A stretch of DNA of 64,000 nucleotides from Puia sp. (lineage in GTDB: Bacteria; Bacteroidota; Bacteroidia; Chitinophagales; Chitinophagaceae). The notes beneath the pieces were generated by a model, which had not been told where the DNA came from, did no database searches, and saw nothing but the letters and a program-made list of their open reading frames with translations. A program made the position numbers and the translations under genes. Shown here piece after piece: positions 27,466 through 38,284 of this stretch; the first letter of the stretch is position 1, and each line of letters begins with the position of its first letter. Location: assembly GCA_035937535.1 (NCBI GenBank), contig DASZHV010000002.1, forward strand, positions 31,639 through 95,638. Direction: 5' to 3'.

Positions 27466-30400
27466 TTATAAAATCAGGGCTGCCTGCACTTCGTCATAAA
27501 CCGGCAGTTCAACAAAAAATGTCGTTCCTCCATTTTCCGTAGTTTCAAACCAGATTCTTCCCTTGGCCTGTTCGACAATCGTCTTACTCATAGCGAGACC
27601 GAGTCCGGTTCCGGAAGACTTAGTAGTAAAATTGGGAATGAAAATTTTGGACCGCATCTGTTCCTGTATACCTTCTCCATTATCGCTGATCCGGACCTGA
27701 ATATTTCCTGCAATCAATTCCTCACTCAGGCTTATTACACATGTTAGTTGGTTATGACAGGCTTCCAGTGCATTCTGGAGTAAATTAGTGAAAAGTCGGT
27801 TCAACTGGGTTTTATCAGCATAAACCAATACTTTTTCGCGCACAGGTACCCACTTGAATAATACGTGCTCCATGGTCTTATACAACGAAGTTAGCGATGA
27901 TAACATTTCATGCAAATCCAGTACTTCATTCTGCGGATTGCCAATATGCGCAAACTGGCTGAAATCAGAGGCAATTTTGGAAAGATGATCAATTTGTTCA
28001 ACCAGGGTTTTTGCAACACTGGCTGTCAGTTCTTTTACATTCGGCGCATCGCTGGTATTAGCTTTCTGAAGGTATTGAATACTCAGCTTCATGGGAGTCA
28101 GCGGATTCTTGATTTCATGCGCTACCTGGCGGGCCATTTCGCGCCAGGCCCCTTCGCGTTCGCTTTTCGCAAGTGCAGACGCACTTTCAACCAATTGGGT
28201 CACCATCTTGTTGTATTCACGAATCAGTCCGCCGATTTCATCATTCTTCTTCCATTCAATCAGCTCGTTGGTCTTACTCAGGTTTACCTGCTGCATTTTT
28301 TCCGAGATCAGTGAAAATGAAGTCGTGATGCGATTCGTGAGGAATACAGCGATGGTTCCTGCAATAAGGAAGATAAACACGTTCAGGTTGATGATGGTTA
28401 CCAGGAATCGCGATATTTCATCATTCAGTTCATCCTCTGTGTTAAATGAAGGAATATTAATATATGCCGTGGATACAGTTTTTCCCAACCTCAACGGACA
28501 ATAAATACTCTGAAAACTGATACCACCCATTTTTTCCTGGTTAAAAAATTCAATGGAACTCAACCGGTTCATGTAGTAATAAGCAACCGGATTCATCAGG
28601 TCGCTCAGCATACCTTTGGTATAAATAAATGGGTTGGATGATACGATCAGGGATCCATTAATATCGTAGAGATTGATATCTGCATTGTGAATCTCTGCAA
28701 CGTTATTAATAATAATGTCCAAATCTCCACGGGGCATTTGTTTTACGGGGTTTGAAACATTTGTTGCAGTTTGAAATGATTTAAGACGTGTGGCGATTTC
28801 ACCTGATATCACTTTTAATGAAGCGCTGAGACGATCCTGATTATTCCGATTGTACCTGTTTATCAGGAAAAAGATAGTCGAAACACCAATAACAAGAAAC
28901 AGGAAAAGACTTACAAAAATGATAGTTGCCTGAATCTGCGAACGGATATTCAGTTCAAGAAATTTTTTAAGCTGTGACCAATGCAAGCGTGTTTGTATCA
29001 AAACCGAGCTCAGCCAGAATAGTGCAACAAGAATAAGAAAAGCACTAAACAAATAAGCGAATAGGGTAATAGCTTCTATCGGCAGATTGTCTCTTTTTGC
29101 GATTACAATGATCTTATTATCAGAAACTATATGCCAGAGTTCATCGTAGCCGTTATTTTTTCGCTGTTCATAATCCTGCCTAGGCAGAAGGCTGTCATCA
29201 AGTTCGGTAGGAAAAGGATAGTTATTGTAATAAGTAACTAATTCATTGTCGCTGTAAATCGCATATGAATAGATTGGCGAATACTGCGGAAGGTATTCTT
29301 TGCGTTGCTGGGTAAGTTGCGGAGCAAGGCCCTCTGTTTTATAACTCCTGGGTTCGGCCTGTACAAATAGATATCCCTCCGTTTTTCCAGCGCTGTTTAC
29401 AATCTGTTTCTTATAGATATAACTAAATTCATTATAAGTCTTCTCATAGTACATCAGGTTAGGAATCGTTGTGGGTTTACCCTGAAGTTTAAAAATCGTA
29501 TTTAGTGTATCAAATGAAACAGGTTCCTGATTATAAAGGGGTTTCTCGGTGGAATCGTAAGTATAAATTTTAGTATCATATTTTGTAAGGTAAGCACTGA
29601 TATTAATATTGATCAGGCTGTCTTTTAGATATTTGTTTTCCACCGGATTTCTGAAACGGTTAAACTCGCGTTGTAATAAATCATTTTCAAAATATATCAG
29701 CGACATACTGACGAGTCTTTCGCTGGAAGGATCAGTTTGTTCCGCAAGACGTTCAGCAAGACTTATTCTTGCCTCCCGTTCAATTTTCTTGTTTTCAAAA
29801 ATGATGATCACAGAAATGGACCCGGAAAAAATAAAAAGCCAGAACATGATTTCCGAGATATTCAGCCTGAATCGAAGCCCGGTAATTATGTTCCTGATCA
29901 TCAGCCACAGATAGCATAAAAGCCAGATCAGCACATATATATCCAGCTCCACCAGCTGGGTTTTATTATGCAAAGTGATATCGGCCAGCCCGATGGTAGC
30001 CACCGTGATCGAAATGATAAGCAGGTTACCTTCCAGGTAGCCCCGGATAAGCCGGAGAATAATCTGCGTAAAAATAAAGTAACTCAGTGCGAGAGCTGCG
30101 AGGATAATAAAACCTATAAAGCTGTAAATCGTCAGGCTGAAAAAATTTGTTACATTAAATGAGATGCGCGCGTCAGCTACCAGGCTCTGCACGATATCCG
30201 CAAAGAGAAAAGTAGCTGTAACAAGTACCGACATGGTGGCAATAATCACGAGCGCCCTTTTAGAAAAAGCCCTGAATACAGGAATCCTGTATTCGCCGAT
30301 TTCCTGTTGAATAAAGATTACAATCCAGCAAAAAAGCAGAGCGTTGATCAACAGATCACCGAGAGAACGCAGGATGAAATTTGAACTGTAAATGGTTGGA

Positions 30401-31242
30401 TCGAATAATTCATACTGGCGGAAATAAAAAATGCCAGGGAAAGAATAGGTAATGATCCGGAAGCAAAGAATGGTAAGCACAAGAAAAATTATCCCGGCAA
30501 TCCTGCTGTACTTTTCAGCAATGGCATGGGCCATATTATGAATTACAACCATGAGCAGAAGCACACCCGTAAATACAACCAAAAGCAGGAACAGGCTATA
30601 TTTAGCCGCATGATAAGATTCTGTTTTAACGAGGTAGAAAAGGGTTTCTCCTTCCCTGTTCCTTACCGGGAAGGGTGAAGGATTTGAAGTAATGCGCACT
30701 CTAATCTCTGCTGAGGAAAATCCCACAAAAGCTGGTTTCAGGTTTTCAGTTGAAATAAAATATTGCCACCGGACTGGAATAAGCGCAATCACTGTGAGCG
30801 GATAAGGCAGCATTTTGTTAAAAGAATGCTTTATAATTTCAAACTGTCCGTTGCTAAGGTTCGCAAAATAATTCCCATCAGGTTTAAACAGGAAGCTGTC
30901 TGGAAGTACCGATGATTGATCACTCCAGAATGTGAGATGCTCACTGAAGGGATGATTCCGTTCATAGATAAGGATACCGTATTGCTTATCCAAGAGATCA
31001 TTGAGTTCAGCAAGCGAATAATTTTTATCTGAAAGCCTTCGGATCTTCAGTTCATTTCGGGTTAATTTTTGAAAGTCATTTTCTCTTTCCTGCAAGAAAG
31101 ATTCAATGGAATTCCGGAGAATTCTTGTAGTGGAATTTCCACTGAGATAGGCATTGATGCCATATGCTGCAATAAAGAGAAAGATCCCTGTAAGGATGAG
31201 GTAAATATTCCTAAGTAAGAAGTTTTTTAGAAATAAAATCAA
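27466..31242 (-). CDS. Large multi-TM sensor histidine kinase (HAMP-HisKA-HATPase, NtrY-like core)
   Basis: AWREMARQVAHEIKNPLTP H-box; LFTNLLQNALEA, ISDNGEGI, FTTKSSGTGLGL. TTG start overlaps the mazG TGA (TTGA). Confidence 0.93.
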   Translation of the reverse strand: MILFLKNFLLRNIYLILTGIFLFIAAYGINAYLSGNSTTRILRNSIESFLQERENDFQKLTRNELKIRRLSDKNYSLAELNDLLDKQYGILIYERNHPFSEHLTFWSDQSSVLPDSFLFKPDGNYFANLSNGQFEIIKHSFNKMLPYPLTVIALIPVRWQYFISTENLKPAFVGFSSAEIRVRITSNPSPFPVRNREGETLFYLVKTESYHAAKYSLFLLLVVFTGVLLLMVVIHNMAHAIAEKYSRIAGIIFLVLTILCFRIITYSFPGIFYFRQYELFDPTIYSSNFILRSLGDLLINALLFCWIVIFIQQEIGEYRIPVFRAFSKRALVIIATMSVLVTATFLFADIVQSLVADARISFNVTNFFSLTIYSFIGFIILAALALSYFIFTQIILRLIRGYLEGNLLIISITVATIGLADITLHNKTQLVELDIYVLIWLLCYLWLMIRNIITGLRFRLNISEIMFWLFIFSGSISVIIIFENKKIEREARISLAERLAEQTDPSSERLVSMSLIYFENDLLQREFNRFRNPVENKYLKDSLININISAYLTKYDTKIYTYDSTEKPLYNQEPVSFDTLNTIFKLQGKPTTIPNLMYYEKTYNEFSYIYKKQIVNSAGKTEGYLFVQAEPRSYKTEGLAPQLTQQRKEYLPQYSPIYSYAIYSDNELVTYYNNYPFPTELDDSLLPRQDYEQRKNNGYDELWHIVSDNKIIVIAKRDNLPIEAITLFAYLFSAFLILVALFWLSSVLIQTRLHWSQLKKFLELNIRSQIQATIIFVSLFLFLVIGVSTIFFLINRYNRNNQDRLSASLKVISGEIATRLKSFQTATNVSNPVKQMPRGDLDIIINNVAEIHNADINLYDINGSLIVSSNPFIYTKGMLSDLMNPVAYYYMNRLSSIEFFNQEKMGGISFQSIYCPLRLGKTVSTAYINIPSFNTEDELNDEISRFLVTIINLNVFIFLIAGTIAVFLTNRITTSFSLISEKMQQVNLSKTNELIEWKKNDEIGGLIREYNKMVTQLVESASALAKSEREGAWREMARQVAHEIKNPLTPMKLSIQYLQKANTSDAPNVKELTASVAKTLVEQIDHLSKIASDFSQFAHIGNPQNEVLDLHEMLSSLTSLYKTMEHVLFKWVPVREKVLVYADKTQLNRLFTNLLQNALEACHNQLTCVISLSEELIAGNIQVRISDNGEGIQEQMRSKIFIPNFTTKSSGTGLGLAMSKTIVEQAKGRIWFETTENGGTTFFVELPVYDEVQAALIL

Positions 31243-32021
31243 TCGGCGGTTTTTTGTTTTTTAACTCTATTCCAGATCGAATCCAGTTCTGAAAGAGAGA
31301 GGTCCATCATTTTTTTACCGGATAAGCCAACAACTTCCTCCATTTTCATGAACCGGTAGATGAATTTCCGGTTGGTTCGCTCCAGTGCCGTTTCAGCATC
31401 AATACTCAAAAATCGTGCATAATTAATCATTGAAAACATCAGATCACCAAATTCCTCCTCAATTTGATCCCGGTCACCTGCAAGCACCGCTTCCTCGAGC
31501 TCCTTTTTTTCCTCTTCCACTTTTACCCAAACCTCGTGACTATTATTCCATTCAAAGCCAACCTGCCTGGATTTCTCCTGAAGGCGGATAGCTTTAACTA
31601 CTGCAGGCAGTGAGGCGGGCACACCCGAGAGTACTGATTTTTTACCTTCCAGTAATTTGAGTTTTTCCCAGTTCTGTTTTACGTCCTCTTCAGAATCTAC
31701 TGTTACGTCACCATATATATGCGGGTGACGGGCTATAAGTTTTTCACTGATTCCCTGGAGCACATCTTCCAGGCTGAAACGGTTTTGCTCCTTTGCAATT
31801 CTGGCATAAAAAAGCAGGTGAAGGAAAAGATCCCCCAATTCTTCTTTTATTCCAGGCCAATCCTCCGAAATGATCGCATCCGTGAGTTCATACAATTCTT
31901 CAATACTCAGTGTCCTTAAAGTCTGAATGGTTTGTTTGCGATCCCAGGGACATTTCTCTCTCAGTTCGTCCATAATATTTACTAACCGCAAAAAAACCTT
32001 TGAAAGATTTTCTGATTCCAT
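31239..32021 (-). CDS. mazG: Nucleoside triphosphate pyrophosphohydrolase MazG
   Basis: LREKCPWDRKQT, EELYE, EELGD, RHPHIYG, EEEFGDLMF. Confidence 0.96.
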   Translation of the reverse strand: MESENLSKVFLRLVNIMDELREKCPWDRKQTIQTLRTLSIEELYELTDAIISEDWPGIKEELGDLFLHLLFYARIAKEQNRFSLEDVLQGISEKLIARHPHIYGDVTVDSEEDVKQNWEKLKLLEGKKSVLSGVPASLPAVVKAIRLQEKSRQVGFEWNNSHEVWVKVEEEKKELEEAVLAGDRDQIEEEFGDLMFSMINYARFLSIDAETALERTNRKFIYRFMKMEEVVGLSGKKMMDLSLSELDSIWNRVKKQKTAD

Positions 32022-32024
32022 AAA

Positions 32025-33092
32025 TTAAAATTCAAAAACCGAAAAAATAAATGCTGCTGAGAAAATTAAAAGCTGAACAAAAAATGCTAGCATTAATAAC
32101 AATATATATTTCAATATCGTCTTCCCTCTCCCCTGGTCGTAAAATTTGCGCATGGCCCTATAAAAGTAATAAAATGGAAAAAGCAAAACCAGTAAAATAA
32201 GCCACTTGAGCCAGTTCCATCCAGTATCTGTCTTCAATTCCGCGAGTCCGAAATAAACGAGAAGCACCAGAAATGAAAAAATATAAAGATGAACAGAGAA
32301 TATCCCATGATCAACATAATAAAATTGTTTACGCCGGATATAAAGCAGTTTTAGCAAAAAGGCAAATGCAGGAAGGCTGATAAAAAGTACTTTGGGAATA
32401 TTATGTGTATAGTTATTCAATAAATCACGGAACAAAGCCGAGGGATCCTTTCCTTTTCGTATATTTAATTCAATCTTTCTGATATTAAATTTTCTATTTA
32501 GCCAGCCATCTCTTTTAGATTGAGGCAGCGCTTTCTGAGCTGAATCATATGCTGCGACTGAGGGATAATCACTTTCCTCTAATTTAAAATGTACTCTTTC
32601 CGGTGCTTTTTGAGAGTTGTCGTCATTAATCTTAACTATTTGACTATTTACAGCATCGTGCACCTGCTGGATTACCAAAGAATCACGGGCATTTTTTGCA
32701 TTCGCTAAGAGCTCCCGGAAATCTGCATCCTTTTGAATTTCTGTCCGGGCTTGGTCCCCGATATGTAATTTCTTTACGTCAATAATTGAAAGAAAAATCA
32801 GGAAAAATATGGCCGAGGTAAATATATACATCCGGATCGGGTCCAGGTACCGGGCCCTTCGCCCTAGCATATACTCCTTCGATAAAAATCCGGGTTTTGC
32901 AAAGAGATCCTTTACTGTATTAAAAAATTTCCCGTCAAAATGCGTTAAATCCGAGAAAAAATGAGTTAGAAGGTGCCAAACGCTTTGTTTTGGCTCAATA
33001 TTTTCCTGTCCACAGGCAGGACAATACCTTCCGGTTGTTTCAGTTCCGCAGTTAAGACATATCTTTTCTGTTCTTATCTTGCTGTGTGACAC
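32025..33092 (-). CDS. DUF3667-domain membrane protein with N-terminal Zn ribbon
   Basis: CLNCG...YCPACGQ; KPGFLSKEYMLGRRARYLDPIRMY; C-terminal TM helices; GTG start. Confidence 0.88.
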   Translation of the reverse strand: MSHSKIRTEKICLNCGTETTGRYCPACGQENIEPKQSVWHLLTHFFSDLTHFDGKFFNTVKDLFAKPGFLSKEYMLGRRARYLDPIRMYIFTSAIFFLIFLSIIDVKKLHIGDQARTEIQKDADFRELLANAKNARDSLVIQQVHDAVNSQIVKINDDNSQKAPERVHFKLEESDYPSVAAYDSAQKALPQSKRDGWLNRKFNIRKIELNIRKGKDPSALFRDLLNNYTHNIPKVLFISLPAFAFLLKLLYIRRKQFYYVDHGIFSVHLYIFSFLVLLVYFGLAELKTDTGWNWLKWLILLVLLFPFYYFYRAMRKFYDQGRGKTILKYILLLMLAFFVQLLIFSAAFIFSVFEF

Positions 33093-33178
33093 TTATTTTT
33101 TAATTAAAAATAAAGATACTGGCAATAATTAACACCTGCTTTTTCCGTTTAGAAAATAGATTTAAACTAATTGGTCCT

Positions 33179-34015
33179 ATGTGTGGTCGTTTTCCCATCA
33201 TCATTTTTTTCCTGCTTTTAACTTTTTCTTCTAAATCCCAATATTACTATAAGGATATTGTGCTTACAAAGCAAAACCAGGATAACTGGAAATCGCTTCG
33301 CAATCAGAAAATTAAGGAAGTTGACATAGTAAGCATCGATGCAAACGATGAACCAACACCGGGTTTTATTTGCAAGCAAAAAATTTCTTCAGATTTCAGT
33401 TCCATTTCGACATTTACAAAGTCCGCCGACATATCGGAATCCACTGTTACTTCATATTATGACCCCAGTGGACATCTCATTAAAACAGTAGATACGAGCG
33501 ATACATATAAGAGCACAACGGAGTATGGTTATAATGAAACCGGGAATATTAGTAATCTGCTGAATAATTCAGTAGAAACAGATAACCATATTGTGGCAAC
33601 TGAAAAACATTTATGGATTTATGAAGGGTCAATACTGAAACAGATGATCAAAATAAAAGGAGAAACAGATTCTACGATCGTGTTTTTCGAAAAAGATGAG
33701 AAAGGAAATATCATTGAAGAAAAGCCGGTCAGGGCCGGACAAAAACTGCCATCCACCTACTATTACTACGACAACGAAGGAATGCTGACAGATATTGTGC
33801 GCTACAATAAGAAAGCAGGAAGATTATTACCGGATTACATTTTTGAATACAATTCTGGACATATATCTTCTATGCTCTTTGTTCCATCAGGTTCAACAGA
33901 CTACCAGAAATGGAAATATACCTACAATCCTAATGGCCTAAAGGAAAGCGAAATATGCTATGATAAAAAAGGACAGGTTGTAGTAAAAATAAATTATACA
34001 TATAATTTACACTAA
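33179..34015 (+). CDS. Secreted hypothetical protein with YD/RHS-like beta repeats
   Basis: Signal peptide; YYDPSGHL, YGYNETGNI, EKDEKGNI, YYDNEGML, YTYNPNGL. Confidence 0.75.
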   Translation: MCGRFPIIIFFLLLTFSSKSQYYYKDIVLTKQNQDNWKSLRNQKIKEVDIVSIDANDEPTPGFICKQKISSDFSSISTFTKSADISESTVTSYYDPSGHLIKTVDTSDTYKSTTEYGYNETGNISNLLNNSVETDNHIVATEKHLWIYEGSILKQMIKIKGETDSTIVFFEKDEKGNIIEEKPVRAGQKLPSTYYYYDNEGMLTDIVRYNKKAGRLLPDYIFEYNSGHISSMLFVPSGSTDYQKWKYTYNPNGLKESEICYDKKGQVVVKINYTYNLH

Positions 34016-34134
34016 AAGACCCGAATCACGCAATGATTTGAATTGCATTAGGATTAGCATGGTTTTGGCAAGAAATTTGATCCTCTATACCGTCCGTTTT
34101 CCGGTCCCTTTGATAAATCCAAATATCCAATACT

Positions 34135-36612
34135 ATGGAAGGCTATATACTTCACTATGGGAGAATACTGTTCCCGCGTTCCTTCCTTTTTTCTGTTTTT
34201 TTAATATTATTCTTTACGGATTCTGTACAGGCCAAAACGCTGGTTATCGGTGTTGGATCAGGATATATTTCAGTTCCGGATATGACCGGATTAAATCCGG
34301 GAGATACACTCGCGATCAAAACAGGACAATATTCAGGGGCTGCATTTAATAACCTGACCGGAATAACAATTACAAATAATGGAGGAGTCGTATTATTTAA
34401 CGGACAGGTTACCCTTAATACGCTGAAAGAATGTGTATTCTCGGGTTTCCAGTTCAGGAATATTCCCGGCATTTCCATCCGCTGGGATGGCAACTCAAGA
34501 AGATGCGTCGAAAAAAATATCTCTTTTATGGATTGTGCCGGAAACACTAATGATGCTTCGGACCACAATGTATATAATGGTGATACTTCATCATTAAAAC
34601 TTTATATGTGCAGTTTTGATTCACTGACACTTTTCAGATCCGGAATGTTATTGATGGGTGGATGGGGAGAAGCGAAGGATCTGGTTTGTTATATGGATAG
34701 TATTGTACTAAGCCGGATAAAGATTGACAGCACCCTGACAAATGGAAATGAAGTAAGGGGAATTATTTTCAGGATCGATGCACATGACTGGAAAGTCACT
34801 TATAAAGGGACAAATACTCTTTCAGGCGATATAGGTATTTTTTTTATGGACGGGAACGGGAGCATTCATAATATTTATAGGATTGGCGGCCGTGGATATA
34901 TTATCCGTATATGGAATGTAGGCCTGAAAAAACCGGGAAATACTTATTTCTACAATAATATAGATCTCAATAGTACGCAATATGGTACTCTGGATACACG
35001 CGTGGATCCTGTTGAATTTACTCAGTATACAACAGGCGGCAACTGCTATATATTTAATAATACAGTTGGAAACAAGGAAGACCATATAGGATATTGGTCA
35101 TCCCTGGCAGTTGTCGGAACATTTTCACCACCCTGGATCTGTCAGACGAGGAACAATCTTGGATTTAATCTGTCTACAAACGGTAAACCTCCGATAACCA
35201 TGAATCAATCCAGTAATACCTGGATCTCGGATTCATCAAATAATATGTATTTCGATAAACCAGATGGCGTAGTGGATCCTATAACTTGTGTGCCTTCGGA
35301 CAGTAGTCCTGTAATTGGAAAAGGACTCACGCTTGCCCTTGTTCAGGATGATTATTACCATAATCTGAGAATCGGCGCTTACGACATTGGCGCAGTACAG
35401 CATGGAGGTGCGATCATTCCATCACCTCCGAATCTGCCACCTGTTGTTCTTACTGGTGCTGCACAAACAATGACGTTGCCCTCAAACAATACGGTTCTCG
35501 ATGGATCAAGATCCTATGATCCCGATGGAAGTATCAGCAGTTATGCATGGGCGTTAGTTTCAGGAACAGGGGGCACTATAGCGACTCCATCTGCCGCATT
35601 TACTAAAGTCAGCGGGCTGACTCAGGGAACATATATTTATCAGTTAACTGTAACCGACAATAATAATGCTTCTTCATCGGCACTCGACACAATTATAGTA
35701 AATCCGGCAGATAGCATTCCTGTCGCAAATGTTTTACCAGTCGCCAATGCCGGACCTGACCAAACAATTACCGCACCAATTAATACGGTAACCCTTGACG
35801 GGTCGGCCTCATACGACCCTGATGGAATAATAAAATCATTTAGCTGGGTAATGATTTCAGGACCAGGTTCAGTGACTATCAACAATAGCAATACAGCCAA
35901 CCCAACCGTTGTCGGTTTAATTCCGGGTGTATATGCATTTCAGCTTACGGTTACCGATAGTGTTGGGGCTATAAATACAGATCAGGTAAATATCACAGTT
36001 AATCCGGAACCGACTATTCCAAACCAAACACCTGTAGCAAACGCTGGAAATAATCAAGCAATTATTGCTCCGGTTAGCAGTGTAGAGCTGGATGGAAGCA
36101 GGTCTTATGACCCGGACGGTACGATTGTAAATTATTATTGGAACCAGGTTTCAGGTCCTTCCAATTCAGTAATTACAAATAGTGGAACCACAAAACCAAC
36201 AGTTTCAAATTTGATAGTGGGTACTTATGTTTTCCAATTGACGGTGACAGACAATAGTGGTGCAACAGATTATGATCAGGTAACGGTTACGGTAAATAAA
36301 GGAGATACAACTACTATCCCTCCGGTTAATATTCCACCCGATAATAACCCTGGATCCAATGATCAATTCATTGTTTATCCCAACCCTGCGCAGAACCTGG
36401 TAAATACAAGGATCTCGGACTCTTTGAATGGAACTATCAGGTTAAGAATGTATGATATAAACGGAAGAGTAGTTTTAACTGACCAGTCAGAGAAATCGAT
36501 TGAGTCATTTGAAAAATCTTTTAACATCAGCTCACTTGCATCTGGTATGTATACTATTCAGGTAAACATAGCAAACAGAAAAACCATGGTAAAGAAATTC
36601 ATTAAACTATAA
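34135..36612 (+). CDS. T9SS-secreted protein: beta-helix-like N-domain, three PKD/K319L-like domains, type A sorting domain
   Basis: Signal peptide; YDIGAVQ anchor motif; three repeats PVANAG...LDGS.SYDPDG.I..Y.W; CTD IVYPNPAQN...SSLASGMYTIQV...KKFIKL. Confidence 0.9.
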   Translation: MEGYILHYGRILFPRSFLFSVFLILFFTDSVQAKTLVIGVGSGYISVPDMTGLNPGDTLAIKTGQYSGAAFNNLTGITITNNGGVVLFNGQVTLNTLKECVFSGFQFRNIPGISIRWDGNSRRCVEKNISFMDCAGNTNDASDHNVYNGDTSSLKLYMCSFDSLTLFRSGMLLMGGWGEAKDLVCYMDSIVLSRIKIDSTLTNGNEVRGIIFRIDAHDWKVTYKGTNTLSGDIGIFFMDGNGSIHNIYRIGGRGYIIRIWNVGLKKPGNTYFYNNIDLNSTQYGTLDTRVDPVEFTQYTTGGNCYIFNNTVGNKEDHIGYWSSLAVVGTFSPPWICQTRNNLGFNLSTNGKPPITMNQSSNTWISDSSNNMYFDKPDGVVDPITCVPSDSSPVIGKGLTLALVQDDYYHNLRIGAYDIGAVQHGGAIIPSPPNLPPVVLTGAAQTMTLPSNNTVLDGSRSYDPDGSISSYAWALVSGTGGTIATPSAAFTKVSGLTQGTYIYQLTVTDNNNASSSALDTIIVNPADSIPVANVLPVANAGPDQTITAPINTVTLDGSASYDPDGIIKSFSWVMISGPGSVTINNSNTANPTVVGLIPGVYAFQLTVTDSVGAINTDQVNITVNPEPTIPNQTPVANAGNNQAIIAPVSSVELDGSRSYDPDGTIVNYYWNQVSGPSNSVITNSGTTKPTVSNLIVGTYVFQLTVTDNSGATDYDQVTVTVNKGDTTTIPPVNIPPDNNPGSNDQFIVYPNPAQNLVNTRISDSLNGTIRLRMYDINGRVVLTDQSEKSIESFEKSFNISSLASGMYTIQVNIANRKTMVKKFIKL

Positions 36613-36630
36613 ATCTGCGGTTGTTGAATG

Positions 36631-36657
36631 AAAAAATCCCGGAATACCGGGACTTTT
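36631..36657. terminator. Bidirectional terminator
   Basis: AAAAAA-TCCCGG-AATA-CCGGGA-CTTTT between convergent genes. Confidence 0.75.
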
Positions 36658-36677
36658 ATTATTTACAGAAGACCTTC

Positions 36678-38264
36678 TTAATGCATTCCTTCAGCTAAAG
36701 CCGGTTGTTGTTTACTTCTTTTTACAAACAATACAAAAGGGATACAAATAAGGAATAAAATACCGAGATAATAAAATACATCCATATAAGAAAGTACACT
36801 GGCCTGTGCTGAAACAGAATAGTCAAGTGCCTTATAAGCAGATTGAAGCGCAATATCAGGTTGCATGCCTTTGGATATGAAACCCTGTTGAATGGCATGT
36901 ACATGTCCTATAACTGCAGGATTGTTCACGTCCAGTTTGCTGACAAGCGTACTGCGGTGAAACATATTCTGACGCGCCATGAAAGTGGTAATAAGAGCAA
37001 CACCAAATGATCCGCCTACCTGACGCATCATACCCGTAAATGCTACTCCCTGGCCTATTTCGGCTCCTTTAAGCGTACTTAATGACAGACTGGTAATGGG
37101 AATGAAAAGAAGTGGTAATCCCACACCACGTGTTACCAGCATCCAAAAAAAGTTTTCGGTTGGTGTACTATTTGTGAGAATAAAATAACCCCAGAAACAG
37201 AAAATAGCAAAAATCAGCATGCCCATCGAAACCAAAAATTGTTGCGGAACTCCCTTGCTTAGAATGATACCGACAATAGGCATGAGAAATGCTGTTGTAA
37301 TTGCTGCAGGTACCATGAGCATGCCTGATTGAAAAGCCGTCCACCCCAATGTACTCTGCGTATATACAGGAATAATGAAAGTGGATCCATACAAACCAAA
37401 TCCTAATAAAAATGTAAGGCCGGTCCCGATTCGCAGATTTCCATTTTTTAAAACCCGAAGATTGACGATCGGGTTTCTGAATGTCAGTTCACGCCAGAAA
37501 AAAAAGAATGCGCCCAAAAAAGCAGTACAAGTGAACAAAACAATGAAATTATTGGAGAACCAATCATCATCCTGTCCTTTTTCCAATACATATTGAAGTG
37601 ATCCAACAGATACGGCAAGCAGGGCAATTCCAAGCCAGTCAATATCAGCAACAGCGCTTTTTTTACCATAATTGGGATTTCGAATAAACTGGAGTGTGAG
37701 CAAAGTTGCTATAACACCGATCGGTATATTAATATAAAATATATAAGGCCAGGAATAATTTTCAACTATATATCCCCCCAGCGGAGGTCCAAGTGTGGGA
37801 CCTACAATAACTCCTAATCCATAAATGGCTTGTGCCATACTTCTTTTTTCAGGAGGGTATGATTCTGTGATGATAGTTTGTGAAGTTGCCAGAAGAGCAC
37901 CGCCACCAAGTCCCTGCATAAAACGGAAAAACACGAGCTCCCAAATACCGTTGGCGTTTCCGCAAAGAAAGGAACAGACGGTAAAAATCATGATGGAAGC
38001 CGCAAAATAATTACGTCTTCCAAATTGGGTTGACAGCCAGCTGGTCATTGGAATGATGATTACATTCCCGATGGCGTATGCTGTAATCACCCAGGCAACT
38101 TCTGTTAGAGTTGCACCCAGGTTACCGCGCATATCATTGAGTGCGACGTTTACAATCGTTGTGTCTATAATTTCCAGCAGGGTACAAATAATGGCTGTGA
38201 TGGTAATGATCGCACGCCTGGAACCATATTCAACCAAAGAATCCTGCGATAATGTTTGTGCCAT
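36678..38264 (-). CDS. DHA2-family MFS efflux permease (EmrB/QacA)
   Basis: LEIIDTTIVNVAL, WLSTQFGRRNY, RFMQGLGGG, GPTLGPPLGG. Confidence 0.95.
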   Translation of the reverse strand: MAQTLSQDSLVEYGSRRAIITITAIICTLLEIIDTTIVNVALNDMRGNLGATLTEVAWVITAYAIGNVIIIPMTSWLSTQFGRRNYFAASIMIFTVCSFLCGNANGIWELVFFRFMQGLGGGALLATSQTIITESYPPEKRSMAQAIYGLGVIVGPTLGPPLGGYIVENYSWPYIFYINIPIGVIATLLTLQFIRNPNYGKKSAVADIDWLGIALLAVSVGSLQYVLEKGQDDDWFSNNFIVLFTCTAFLGAFFFFWRELTFRNPIVNLRVLKNGNLRIGTGLTFLLGFGLYGSTFIIPVYTQSTLGWTAFQSGMLMVPAAITTAFLMPIVGIILSKGVPQQFLVSMGMLIFAIFCFWGYFILTNSTPTENFFWMLVTRGVGLPLLFIPITSLSLSTLKGAEIGQGVAFTGMMRQVGGSFGVALITTFMARQNMFHRSTLVSKLDVNNPAVIGHVHAIQQGFISKGMQPDIALQSAYKALDYSVSAQASVLSYMDVFYYLGILFLICIPFVLFVKRSKQQPALAEGMH

Positions 38265-38284
38265 AGAAATGATCTTCTGAATAT

